From Desulfuromonas sp. (lineage in GTDB: Bacteria > Desulfobacterota > Desulfuromonadia > Desulfuromonadales > BM501), in NCBI RefSeq assembly GCF_002868845.1, contig NZ_PKUB01000014.1, positions 27,762-91,761 of the forward strand: a DNA stretch of 64,000 bases, in the 5' to 3' direction. Positions 56,208 through 64,000 of this stretch are shown here, piece by piece (within the stretch, counting starts at the first letter, position 1; each line of letters opens with the position of its first letter). Under the pieces are notes generated by a model that was not told the origin of the DNA, made no database searches, and was given only the letters and a program-made list of their open reading frames with translations. A program made the position numbers and the translations under genes.

Positions 56208-59200
56208 TCAGTCCTTGGTGCTGAAGCTGGCCTGGATTTCGGCCAGCGCCTTGTACATCTCGAAACGGGCGTTGGTGATCTTGTTGCCCGCCTCCATCAA
56301 CTGCTCGGCCACCTCGGGCTGGGCCTTCGCCAGCACCCGATAGCGGTTCTCCTTGCCGGCGTACTCGGCGAAGGTCATGCTGGCGTCCCTGCTGTCGAAC
56401 TGCAGGGGGTTCTTGCCCGCATCGGCCAAGGCCGGGTTGTAGCGGAAGAGAGGCCAGTGACCGGAGGCGACGGCCTCCTTGCAGCGGTCGACCGCAGTGG
56501 TCATGTTGATGCCGTGGGCGATGCAGTGGCTGTAGGCCAGGACCAGGGACGGCCCGTCGTAAGCGTCGGCCTCGAGCATCGCCTTGACCACCTGGGCGGG
56601 GTTGGACATGGAGACCTTGGCGACGTAGATGTTCCCGTAGGTCATGGCGATCATGCCGAGATCCTTCTTCGGCATGCGTTTGCCGCCGGCGGCGAACTGG
56701 GCCACGGCGCCGAGGGGGGTCGCCTTGGAAGCCTGCCCCCCGGTGTTGGAGTAGACCTCCGTGTCCATAACCAGGACGTTGACGTTCTCGCCGGAGGCGA
56801 GGACGTGGTCGAGGCCGCCATAGCCGATGTCGTAGGCCCAGCCGTCTCCGCCGTGGATCCAGACCGACTTCTTGACCAGGTAGTCGGCCACGGAGAGGAG
56901 GTTCTTGGCGGCGGCGTCGGGGCACTGCTCGAGGGCCGCCTTGAGCTTGGCCACGCGGACCCTCTGGGCCTCGATCCCCTCCTGGGTGGACTGGTCGGCG
57001 CCCTTGATCTCATCCATCAGCGCCAGGTTGTCCTTGCACCCCTTGCAGTCGCAGGAGGTGACCTTGTCCAGCAACTCGAGGGCGTACTCGTTGAACTTGT
57101 CGATGGTCAGGCGGAATCCGTAGCCGAACTCGGCGTTGTCCTCAAAGAGGGAGTTGCTCCACGCCGGGCCAAGGCCGTCCTTGGTCGTCGTCCAAGGGGT
57201 GGTGGGGAGGTTGCCGCCGTAGATCGAAGAACAGCCGGTGGCGTTGGCCACCACCATCCGGTCGCCGAAGAGCTGAGAGCAGAGCTTGACGAAGGGGGTC
57301 TCGCCGCAGCCGGCGCAGGCGCCGCTGAACTCGAAGAGGGGCTGCAGCAGCTGGCTTCCCTTGAGGCTAGAGCGGTTGATCAGGGCCGGGTCGGTTTCGG
57401 GGAGGGTGAGGAAGAAGTCCCAGTTCTTGGCCTCGGTCTCGCGCAGCGGGGCCTGGAAGGTCATGTTGATCGCCTTGTGGCTCGGATCTTCCTTGCTCTT
57501 GGCCGGGCAGTTGTGGACACAGGCGCCGCAACCGGTGCAGTCCTCGGGAGCCACCTGCAGGGAGAACTTCTTGCCCGCCATCTCCTTGCCCTTGGCGTCG
57601 ACCGCCTTGAAGGCCTCAGGGGCCCCGGAGAGCTGGTCGGCGTCGTAGATCTTCATGCGGATAGTGGCGTGGGGGCAAACGAAAGAGCAGATGCCGCACT
57701 GGATGCAGATATCCTCATCCCAGACCGGGATATCGACGGCGATGTTGCGCTTCTCGTACTTGGCGGTGTCGGTGGGGAAGGTCCCGTCGACGGGCATGGC
57801 CGAGATCGGCAACTGGTTGCCCTTGCCGTCGATGATCGGCCCGGTGGTCTCGCGCACAAAGTCGGGGACTTCGCCGCTGATCGCCGACTTGATGCGGATG
57901 GCACTGTCGGCGCTCGCCGGCACGGCGACCTGCTCGACGTTGTTGGTGCCGGCGCCGACCGCCTCGAAGTTCATGTTGACGACCTTCTCGCCGGCTTTGC
58001 CGTAGCTCTTGACGATGGCGTCCTTGATCTCCTTGGTCGCCAGACCGAAGTCGATGATCTCGGAGATCTTGAAGAAGGCGGTCTGCATGATGACGTTGAT
58101 GCGGGGACCGAGGCCGATCTGGTTGCCGAGCTTGACGCCGTCGATGACGAAGAAATTGAGCTTCTTGTCGATGATCTGCTGCTGGACTTCGAGCGGCAGG
58201 TGGGCCCAGATCTCGTCCTTGCCGAAGGGGGCGTTGAGCAGGAATGTGGCCCCGTCCTTGGCGAACTTCAACATGTCGTACTTCTCGAGGAAGGAGAAGT
58301 TGTGGCAGGCGATGAAGTCGGCCTTCTGCACCAGGTAGGGGGAGCGGATCTCCTCCTTGCCGAAGCGCAGGTGGCTGGTCGTCATGGAGCCGGCCTTCTT
58401 GGAGTCGTAGACGAAGTAGGCCTGGGCGTTGAAGTCGGTGTTCTCGCCGATAATCTTGATGGAGTTCTTGTTGGCGCCGACGGTGCCGTCGGAGCCGAGG
58501 CCGTAGAACATGGCGGAGTAGACGTCCTGGGGCACCTGGTAATCGGCGTCGAAGTCGAGGCTCTTGCCGAGGACGTCGTCCTTAATGCCGACCACGAAGT
58601 GGTTCATCGGCTTGGCGGCAGAGAGGTTGTCGAAGACCGCCTTGACCATGCCGGGGGAGAACTCGTAGGAACCAAGGCCGTAGCGGCCGCCGACAATCGT
58701 CGGGTATCCGCCGAACTCGACCAGGCCGTCGGCCATCGCCTCGCCGATGGCGGTGCGGACGTTATGGTAGAGGGGTTCGCCCATGGAGCCGGGCTCTTTG
58801 GTGCGGTCGAGAACGGCGATGCTCTTGACCGTCTTGGGCAGAGCCTTGGCGAAGGCCTCGATGCCGAAGGGGAGGAAGAGGCGGGTCTTGATGAGGCCGA
58901 CCTTCTCACCCTTGGACACGAGGTGCTCGACGAGTTCGTGGGCGGTGTCGCAGCCGGAACCCTGCATGACGATGACCCGCTCGGCGTCGGGGGCGCCGAC
59001 GTAGTCGAAGAGGTTGTACTGGCGGCCGGTGAGCTTCGCAAACTTGTCCATCTGCGCCTGGACCAACTCGGCGAGTTTCTCGTAGAAGGGGTTGACCGTC
59101 TCGCGCCCCTGGAAGTAGACGTCGGGGTTCTGGGCGCTGCCGCGCAACACCGGGTGGTCGGGGGAGAGGGCGCGGGCCCGGTGGGCGCGGACGAGGTCGT

Positions 59201-59789
59201 CGTCGATCATGGCGCGCATGTCGTCCATGGAGAGCTCGTGAACCTTCTGCACTTCGCTGGAGGTCCGGAAACCGTCGAAGTAGTGGAGGAAGGGGATCCG
59301 GCTCTCGAGGGTCGACGCCTGGGCGATGAGGGCGAAGTCCATGACCTCCTGGACGTTGCTGGAACAGAGGAAGGCCCAGCCGGTGGAGCGGCAGGACATG
59401 ACGTCGGAGTGGTCGCCGAAGATGGAGAGGGCCTGGGCGGCGATGGCCCGGGCCGAAACATGGAAGACCGTCGGGGTCAGCTCACCGGCGATCTTGAACA
59501 TGTTGGGGATCATCAGCAGCAGGCCCTGGGAGGCGGTGAAGGTGGTGGTCAGGGCCCCGGTCTGCAGCGCCCCGTGAACGGCCCCGGCGGCGCCGCCCTC
59601 GGACTGCATCTCGACGACCTTGGGGACCGTCCCCCAGATGTTCTTCTCGCCGACGGCGCTCTTGGCATCGGAGACCTCCCCCATTACCGAAGAGGGGGTG
59701 ATCGGGTAAATGGCGATAACCTCGTTGGTCGCGTGAGCCACATGCGCCGCGGCGGTGTTGCCGTCAATGTTGACCATCTTCCTGGACAT
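56208..59789 (-). CDS. nifJ: pyruvate:ferredoxin (flavodoxin) oxidoreductase
   Basis: 1193 aa. N-terminus VNIDGNTAAAHVAHATNEVIAIYPITPSS. Two 4Fe-4S motifs (CIQCGICSFVCPH, CTGCGACVHNCP). TPP-binding C-terminal domain. Confidence 0.95.
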   Translation of the reverse strand: MSRKMVNIDGNTAAAHVAHATNEVIAIYPITPSSVMGEVSDAKSAVGEKNIWGTVPKVVEMQSEGGAAGAVHGALQTGALTTTFTASQGLLLMIPNMFKIAGELTPTVFHVSARAIAAQALSIFGDHSDVMSCRSTGWAFLCSSNVQEVMDFALIAQASTLESRIPFLHYFDGFRTSSEVQKVHELSMDDMRAMIDDDLVRAHRARALSPDHPVLRGSAQNPDVYFQGRETVNPFYEKLAELVQAQMDKFAKLTGRQYNLFDYVGAPDAERVIVMQGSGCDTAHELVEHLVSKGEKVGLIKTRLFLPFGIEAFAKALPKTVKSIAVLDRTKEPGSMGEPLYHNVRTAIGEAMADGLVEFGGYPTIVGGRYGLGSYEFSPGMVKAVFDNLSAAKPMNHFVVGIKDDVLGKSLDFDADYQVPQDVYSAMFYGLGSDGTVGANKNSIKIIGENTDFNAQAYFVYDSKKAGSMTTSHLRFGKEEIRSPYLVQKADFIACHNFSFLEKYDMLKFAKDGATFLLNAPFGKDEIWAHLPLEVQQQIIDKKLNFFVIDGVKLGNQIGLGPRINVIMQTAFFKISEIIDFGLATKEIKDAIVKSYGKAGEKVVNMNFEAVGAGTNNVEQVAVPASADSAIRIKSAISGEVPDFVRETTGPIIDGKGNQLPISAMPVDGTFPTDTAKYEKRNIAVDIPVWDEDICIQCGICSFVCPHATIRMKIYDADQLSGAPEAFKAVDAKGKEMAGKKFSLQVAPEDCTGCGACVHNCPAKSKEDPSHKAINMTFQAPLRETEAKNWDFFLTLPETDPALINRSSLKGSQLLQPLFEFSGACAGCGETPFVKLCSQLFGDRMVVANATGCSSIYGGNLPTTPWTTTKDGLGPAWSNSLFEDNAEFGYGFRLTIDKFNEYALELLDKVTSCDCKGCKDNLALMDEIKGADQSTQEGIEAQRVRVAKLKAALEQCPDAAAKNLLSVADYLVKKSVWIHGGDGWAYDIGYGGLDHVLASGENVNVLVMDTEVYSNTGGQASKATPLGAVAQFAAGGKRMPKKDLGMIAMTYGNIYVAKVSMSNPAQVVKAMLEADAYDGPSLVLAYSHCIAHGINMTTAVDRCKEAVASGHWPLFRYNPALADAGKNPLQFDSRDASMTFAEYAGKENRYRVLAKAQPEVAEQLMEAGNKITNARFEMYKALAEIQASFSTKD

Positions 59790-59988
59790 GAAAAACCTCC
59801 TTTTTGCGTGATATTTTTCAACGAAAAAACGGGGCGAATCAGGCTACAAACGAAATCGACCCCGGCGTCGCCTGCCCACAACCGACAGCCCTTGATGAAA
59901 CGGGCGAAAGGTGCGAAGAGGAACGCTGCGGGGCTTTTCCCCAAAACATAAACAGTTTACGTCATGGTAGACAAAACTCAACAAAAGT

Positions 59989-60588
59989 TCAAATTTCCCG
60001 GCGGCCCTCCACGGCCCGGTTGACCGTGGCGTCGTCCACGAATTCCAGGTCGCTTCCCATGGGGATGCAGTGGGCCGGCCGGGTGACCCGAATGCCGAGA
60101 GGGCGGACGAGCCGGGACAAGTAAAGTGCGGTGGCGTCCCCCTCGACGGTAAAGTTAGTGGCCACCAGGACCTCCTCCACCGCCCCCTGCCCCAGGCGGG
60201 CCGTCAACTCGGCGACCTTCAAATCCTCGGGACCGACGCCGTCCAGGGGCGACAGGGCGCCATGCAGAACGTGGTAGCGCCCCCGAAAAGAACGGCTGCG
60301 CTCGATGGCGATAAGGTCCTGAGGCTGCTCCACAACACAGAGCAGGCGGTCATCCCGCCCTGGGTCGGTACAGAGGGGGCAGGGATCTGCCTCGGTGATG
60401 TTGAAGCAGACCGAACAGAAACGAACCTTCTGCTTCAGATCACGAATAGCGCCTGCCAGGGCCTCGACCTCCCCGGTCGCTTGGCGCAGCACAAAGAAGG
60501 CCAACCGGGTCGCTGTTTTCTGCCCGATGCCGGGGAACTTGGCCAGTTCGGCCACCAGCCGGGCGAAAGACGGGATGGAGTCTAGCAT
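59989..60588 (-). CDS. recR: recombination protein RecR
   Basis: HhH N-terminus (LAKFPGIGQKTATRLAF), C4 zinc finger (CSVCFNITE..CPLC) and Toprim domain. Confidence 0.95.
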   Translation of the reverse strand: MLDSIPSFARLVAELAKFPGIGQKTATRLAFFVLRQATGEVEALAGAIRDLKQKVRFCSVCFNITEADPCPLCTDPGRDDRLLCVVEQPQDLIAIERSRSFRGRYHVLHGALSPLDGVGPEDLKVAELTARLGQGAVEEVLVATNFTVEGDATALYLSRLVRPLGIRVTRPAHCIPMGSDLEFVDDATVNRAVEGRREI

Positions 60589-60728
60589 GGCTTAAAACAA
60601 AAATCCAAGAGTTTTAAAATGGCGTTCTATTTTTTTAAGTGGACTGAAGAAGTTTTGTATCGCTAAAATTTTTTGGCCTTACCATTTCAAGGCATGGCCA
60701 CCATAGCAGAAGGTTTTCTCATGGGAAA

Positions 60729-60765
60729 GAAAAAAGCCACCGCCATTCTTCCCCATGACGGTGGC
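60729..60765 (-). terminator. terminator after ybaB
   Basis: Minus strand reads GCCACCG...CGGTGGC followed by TTTTTTC. Confidence 0.6.
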
Positions 60766-60790
60766 CTGCCGACCGAAGCGATCCCAGAGA

Positions 60791-61105
60791 TCAGAAGAGC
60801 CCGGGGATCTGCATGCCGCCGGTGATCTTCGACATCTCCTGCTGGGCCATGTCCTGGCTCTTCTTGATCGCCTCGTTGACCGCAGCGATCACCAGATCCT
60901 GCAGCATCTCGACATCCTCCGCATCGACCGCACTCGGCTCGATTTTGAGAGAGAGTAGCTGTTGCTTGCCGTTGACGGTGGCGGTCACCATCCCCCCGCC
61001 GGAGGAGGCCTCCACCTCGCGGTTCCCCAGATCCTCCTGCAGGCGAGCCATCTTCTGCTGCATGAGCTGGGCCTGCTTCATGATGTTCCCCATACCTTTG
61101 GACAT
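60791..61105 (-). CDS. ybaB: nucleoid-associated protein YbaB/EbfC
   Basis: MSKGMGNIMKQAQLMQQKMARLQEDL... . AGGAGG RBS before ATG 61105. The track ORF has a spurious 22-codon extension. Confidence 0.9.
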   Translation of the reverse strand: MSKGMGNIMKQAQLMQQKMARLQEDLGNREVEASSGGGMVTATVNGKQQLLSLKIEPSAVDAEDVEMLQDLVIAAVNEAIKKSQDMAQQEMSKITGGMQIPGLF

Positions 61106-61222
61106 GGTTCCTACCTCCTTGCATCGCCTCCGCGGGCGGCGTTTGTGAATTGATATTTCAGCCGTCAGCAATCAACTTTCGGCTCGAAACTGTTTCCACG
61201 ACCGAGGGATCAAGGACCTCCC

Positions 61223-62908
61223 TCAGACGAACCCCTTGTCGATCGGCTTGACGGTCTTGACCTCGCCGCCGAAGATATCCACGGCCGCCTTCACCATCGG
61301 ATGGTCCAGGGCGTCCTCCCGGAGGCGCTTCTTGCGGTCGGTTTCCCGGGCAAGGCGCTCATCCAGCAGAGAAGGGGGAGCGTCCCCCTCCCGAGCATCC
61401 ACCGGAGAGACCAGCACCTTCACCGGCTGTCCGAAATGCTCCTGGGCCAAATCCTCCAGAGCCTGCAGGGTCTCCGGGTCCTTAACCTGCTCGAGCGGAA
61501 AGGAGCCGGCGGGAAAGCCGATCTTCAGCTGGGGCAAATCGAGGGCCAGGAGGCTGGCGCCTTCGAGCATGGAACCGACGAGGGGCCGGCGGCCCCTGAC
61601 GTACTCCACCAGACCCTGCCAGCCCCGGCCGCCGTCCCCTTCGGGCGCCGGGGCCTCAGTCTTTTTTGGCGGCGCCGCCTCCGGTTGCCGGACGGGGGGC
61701 CTTGCAGAGACCTGGGCGGGGGGCCTTGCAGAGGCCTGGACGGGAGAATAGCCCCCCCCCGCCGCCAGGCGCCCCTCGACCTCCTCGAGCTTGCGCACCA
61801 GGGCGGCAATCTCCCGGGCCGGGGGCAACTGGGCCAGGCGAATCAGGGCCATCTCCAGGGTCAGACGGGGAAAGGCCGAGCCGGCCAGCTCGGCCTCGGT
61901 CTTGACCAGCAGGCCGAGGGCCCGCTGCAGGTCTTCCAGGCCGGAAGCTCCGGCCAGAGCCTGAAGACCCTGGACCTCCTCGCCCGTGGCGTCGAGATGC
62001 TCCGCCGGATCCTCCAGCACCTTGACCAGAACCAGGGCTCGGAAGGTCTCCACCAGTTCCTGGCAGAACTGCCGGAAGGAGTGCCCCAACTCGTCCACCC
62101 GGCGCACCGTCTCCAGAGCCTTGCGGCTGTCGCGCTGCATGACGCCCTCCACCGCGTCGAGCAGAAGCCGGCGGTCCACCATCCCCAGGAGCCCCTGCAC
62201 ATCGTCGTCGGCCACATCCTCGCCGCAGAACGCGATGACTTGGTCGAGGGTGGAGAGAGAATCGCGCATGCTCCCCTCCCCCCTTCGAGCGACCAGGGAA
62301 AGGGAGCGGTCTGAGATCCGGACCCCCTCGGCATCCACGATCTCGCGCAGGCGTCCGGAGACCCGTCCGAGGGGGATCTTGCGGAAGTCGAAACGCTGGC
62401 AGCGCGAAAGGATGGTGACGGGAATCTTATGCGGTTCGGTGGTCGCGAAGATGAACTTGGCGTGTTCGGGCGGCTCCTCAAGCGTCTTCAGCAGAGCATT
62501 GAAGGCGTTGATGGAGAGCATGTGGACTTCGTCGATGATGAAGAGCTTGTATCGGGAGCGCGACGGTAGGTAGCGGATATTCTCGCGCAGGTCGCGAACG
62601 TCGTCGACCCCGGTGTTGGAGGCGCCGTCGATTTCGAAGACATCGGTTCCCTGCCCGGCGGCGATCTCCTTGCAGGAAGGACACTCGTTGCACGGGGTCG
62701 GGGAGAGGCCCTCCTCGCAGTTGAGGGCCTTGGCAAGGATTCGGGCAGCGGAGGTCTTGCCGACCCCCCGGGCGCCCGTAAAAAGGAAGGCGTGGTGAAC
62801 GCGGCCGGTGCGGATGGCGTTGGCCAGGGTCCGGCTGACATGCTCCTGCCCGATCAGGTCTTCAAAACTCTGGGGCCGCCACTTGCGCGCCAGGACCAGG
62901 TAAGACAT
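61223..62908 (-). CDS. dnaX: DNA polymerase III subunit tau (full-length frame); gamma predicted by -1 frameshift
   Basis: Starts MSYLVLARKWRPQSFEDLIGQEHV. Walker A GARGVGKTS. Zinc module CNECPSC. Start trimmed from the track ORF, which would run into the SRP RNA gene. Confidence 0.95.
   Translation of the reverse strand: MSYLVLARKWRPQSFEDLIGQEHVSRTLANAIRTGRVHHAFLFTGARGVGKTSAARILAKALNCEEGLSPTPCNECPSCKEIAAGQGTDVFEIDGASNTGVDDVRDLRENIRYLPSRSRYKLFIIDEVHMLSINAFNALLKTLEEPPEHAKFIFATTEPHKIPVTILSRCQRFDFRKIPLGRVSGRLREIVDAEGVRISDRSLSLVARRGEGSMRDSLSTLDQVIAFCGEDVADDDVQGLLGMVDRRLLLDAVEGVMQRDSRKALETVRRVDELGHSFRQFCQELVETFRALVLVKVLEDPAEHLDATGEEVQGLQALAGASGLEDLQRALGLLVKTEAELAGSAFPRLTLEMALIRLAQLPPAREIAALVRKLEEVEGRLAAGGGYSPVQASARPPAQVSARPPVRQPEAAPPKKTEAPAPEGDGGRGWQGLVEYVRGRRPLVGSMLEGASLLALDLPQLKIGFPAGSFPLEQVKDPETLQALEDLAQEHFGQPVKVLVSPVDAREGDAPPSLLDERLARETDRKKRLREDALDHPMVKAAVDIFGGEVKTVKPIDKGFV
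61622..61682 (-). promoter_or_regulatory. dnaX: programmed -1 ribosomal frameshift cassette in dnaX
   Basis: On the minus strand: GGAGG (61682-61678), a 10-nt spacer, then the slippery A AAA AAG (61667-61661) in the correct zero frame (CCA AAA AAG). A 6-nt spacer is followed by the GC stem GCCCCGGC...GCCGGGGC (61654-61622). The -1 frame reads AAA AAA GAC TGA. Confidence 0.7.
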
Positions 62909-62964
62909 GAGGCCTCGGAGTCTCCACGGCAAAGGTGGAAGGGCAAAAGAAGATAGACGGGTTT

Positions 62965-63090
62965 GCCGCCACAAGTGACAGCCAGGCACCCCCGCGGCAC
63001 ACGGCTGAGGTCGTTACCGCTGCTCCCTTCCGGGCCTGACGGAGTTGGCGACCGGCCGTTGCGCGGGACCCGGCTGTCACTTCTGGCGGC
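62965..63090 (-). ncRNA. ffs: SRP RNA (4.5S-type, ffs)
   Basis: Minus strand carries the domain IV core GTCAGGCCCGGAAGGGAGCAGCGG. The termini pair (GCCGCCAGAAGTGACAGCC / GGCTGTCACTTGTGGCGGC). The position just upstream of dnaX is classical. Ends are approximate. Confidence 0.8.
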
Positions 63091-63121
63091 AATGGACGCC
63101 GGCTATGTCATCGGAATGTTT

Positions 63122-63147
63122 AAAACTGGCGGAGAGGGAGGGATTCG
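63122..63147 (-). repeat. 26-nt duplicate of the tRNA-Ser 3' end (att-like)
   Basis: AAAACTGGCGGAGAGGGAGGGATTCG at 63122-63147 is identical to 63285-63310. That segment covers 5 nt of flank, CCA, the discriminator, the 3' acceptor arm and part of the T arm. Confidence 0.9.
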
Positions 63148-63289
63148 CCCACTTTCGTCGCCGCCGTCACGGCGGCTCCGGCGTCGGCTCCCCTGCGCTC
63201 GCTGGCGCGTCCATCCCTGGCCGCTTTTCTGCCGCTGGCAGCGCTCGCTCCGCTTCGAATCCCCTTGGGATCCATCTGCTTGCAAAAAC

Positions 63290-63377
<88 letters not shown>

Positions 63378-63463
63378 GCAGGTTGCGCAGAATACATCAA
63401 AGGGGTATGGCTGTAAAGAATTTTCTGAGCGCTGCGGCAGCCCCCCGGAAGACGGGCGGACAC

Positions 63464-63847
63464 TCACTCTATCGGGTCGGCCGCCGGGTCCTCCAGCCTC
63501 CCCTGACAGGCCTGCTGCACCTCGTGGCGCAGAATGGCATTCTCCTGAGCGAGGTTCTTGACCTGGTTGGTGAGCTGGGAAATCTTGATCGAAAACTGCA
63601 CCGCGACGAGCGCCAGGAAAATGATCGAGCCGAGGAAGAGGGTCGTCGTCGGCAGGGCCGCTCCGATCATCTCCGTCAGCGCCACCAGCCATTCATACTT
63701 GACCACCAGCACGAACATCCCGACGCTGACTGTCAGCCAGAGCACCGAGTACTCCTCGCGCAAACGCTTGCGGCGCACCATCTCAAAGGTGAAGAAAAAA
63801 ACCCCGGCACAGACCAGAAGGGCGAATATCTTCTGATTTATCGGCAT
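63464..63847 (-). CDS. DUF2304-family small membrane protein
   Basis: 127 aa with three or four TM helices followed by a C-terminal coiled-coil-like tail. The start overlaps the stop of the upstream glycosyltransferase-like gene. Confidence 0.55.
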   Translation of the reverse strand: MPINQKIFALLVCAGVFFFTFEMVRRKRLREEYSVLWLTVSVGMFVLVVKYEWLVALTEMIGAALPTTTLFLGSIIFLALVAVQFSIKISQLTNQVKNLAQENAILRHEVQQACQGRLEDPAADPIE

Positions 63848-63999
63848 GACACAACCTTTCGGTAAAACTTGCGGCTGCGCATCAAGGTGACGGAAATCGA
63901 CAGGAACATCTTGAAGATGTAATAAAGCGGCTTCAGCCCGCCGTGCATGGTCTTGCCCTCCTCGTTGGCAAGCATGCGCACCGGCACCTCCTGGATTCG
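63838..63999 (-). CDS. 3' end of a family-2 glycosyltransferase-like gene (partial, runs off window)
   Basis: The minus frame reads RIQEVPVRMLANEEGKTMHGGLKPLYYIFKMFLSISV..., typical of the GT2 C-terminal region. Stop TAA on the minus strand at 63838-63840. Confidence 0.5.
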   Translation of the reverse strand, partial: RIQEVPVRMLANEEGKTMHGGLKPLYYIFKMFLSISVTLMRSRKFYRKVVSCR

Positions 64000-64000
64000 G

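Noticed and set aside
55549-56925. A 458-aa track ORF that would make MglB three times its normal size.
   Set aside because: Only the last 165 codons (from MFGSQSS, ATG 56046) look like a Roadblock/LC7 protein. The upstream part is Arg/Gly-rich and runs antisense across the terminator and the 3' end of the PFOR gene.
61691-61760. A G9 run (61752-61760 on the + strand as C9) and a 2 x 24-nt tandem repeat (61691-61738, encoding QASARPPA/QVSARPPV) in the dnaX linker, considered as alternative slippage sites.
   Set aside because: The canonical A AAA AAG cassette ~90 nt downstream explains gamma production far better. The -1 frame after the G run stays open for ~33 codons with no stimulatory elements. 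The tandem repeat is probably just linker-length variation.

Overview
The window has two compositional halves. Positions ~200-31,400 are a visibly lower-GC accessory island of defence type, lying directly downstream of glmS. Positions ~31,400-64,000 are GC-rich core chromosome with a Geobacter/Desulfuromonas-like gene set: glmS-glmU, clpB plus two hsp20, PAS-GGDEF-EAL, YeeE/TusA, mglBA, PFOR, recR-ybaB-dnaX-ffs, tRNA-Asn and tRNA-Ser. The island holds two large convergent operons. (A) 4515-15113 (+) encodes three giant proteins. The first combines an unassigned N-terminal region, an SF1 RecD-like helicase and a PD-(D/E)xK-like tail. The second is a Swt1-like HEPN fused to an SNF2 helicase. The third is a sacsin/MORC-like GHKL ATPase with an HNH-like C-terminus. 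I cannot match this trio to any named defence system. (B) 26149-15650 (-) is a five-gene operon: hsdR, hsdM, hsdS, a 1291-aa fusion of N6-MTase, a single TRD and a STAND-like ATPase, and a paralogous ATPase with a C-terminal HEPN-type R-x4-H motif. Operon B begins at a near-consensus sigma-54 promoter, 2 nt after the stop of an RtcR-like (CARF-like N-terminus) sigma-54 activator gene. A second near-consensus sigma-54 promoter points the other way from that activator, into a DUF2130 gene. The island also carries an AbiE/MNT-like toxin-antitoxin pair, decayed NERD and HsdR_N remnants, a DUF932 gene, an IS1182-family IS and repeat blocks next to glmS. In the core half, dnaX carries a complete E. 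coli-type -1 frameshift cassette, and 26 nt spanning the tRNA-Ser 3' end is duplicated 163 bp away. All calls come from by-eye motif recognition on the supplied ORF translations and sequence. No searches were run, and domain boundaries are approximate.
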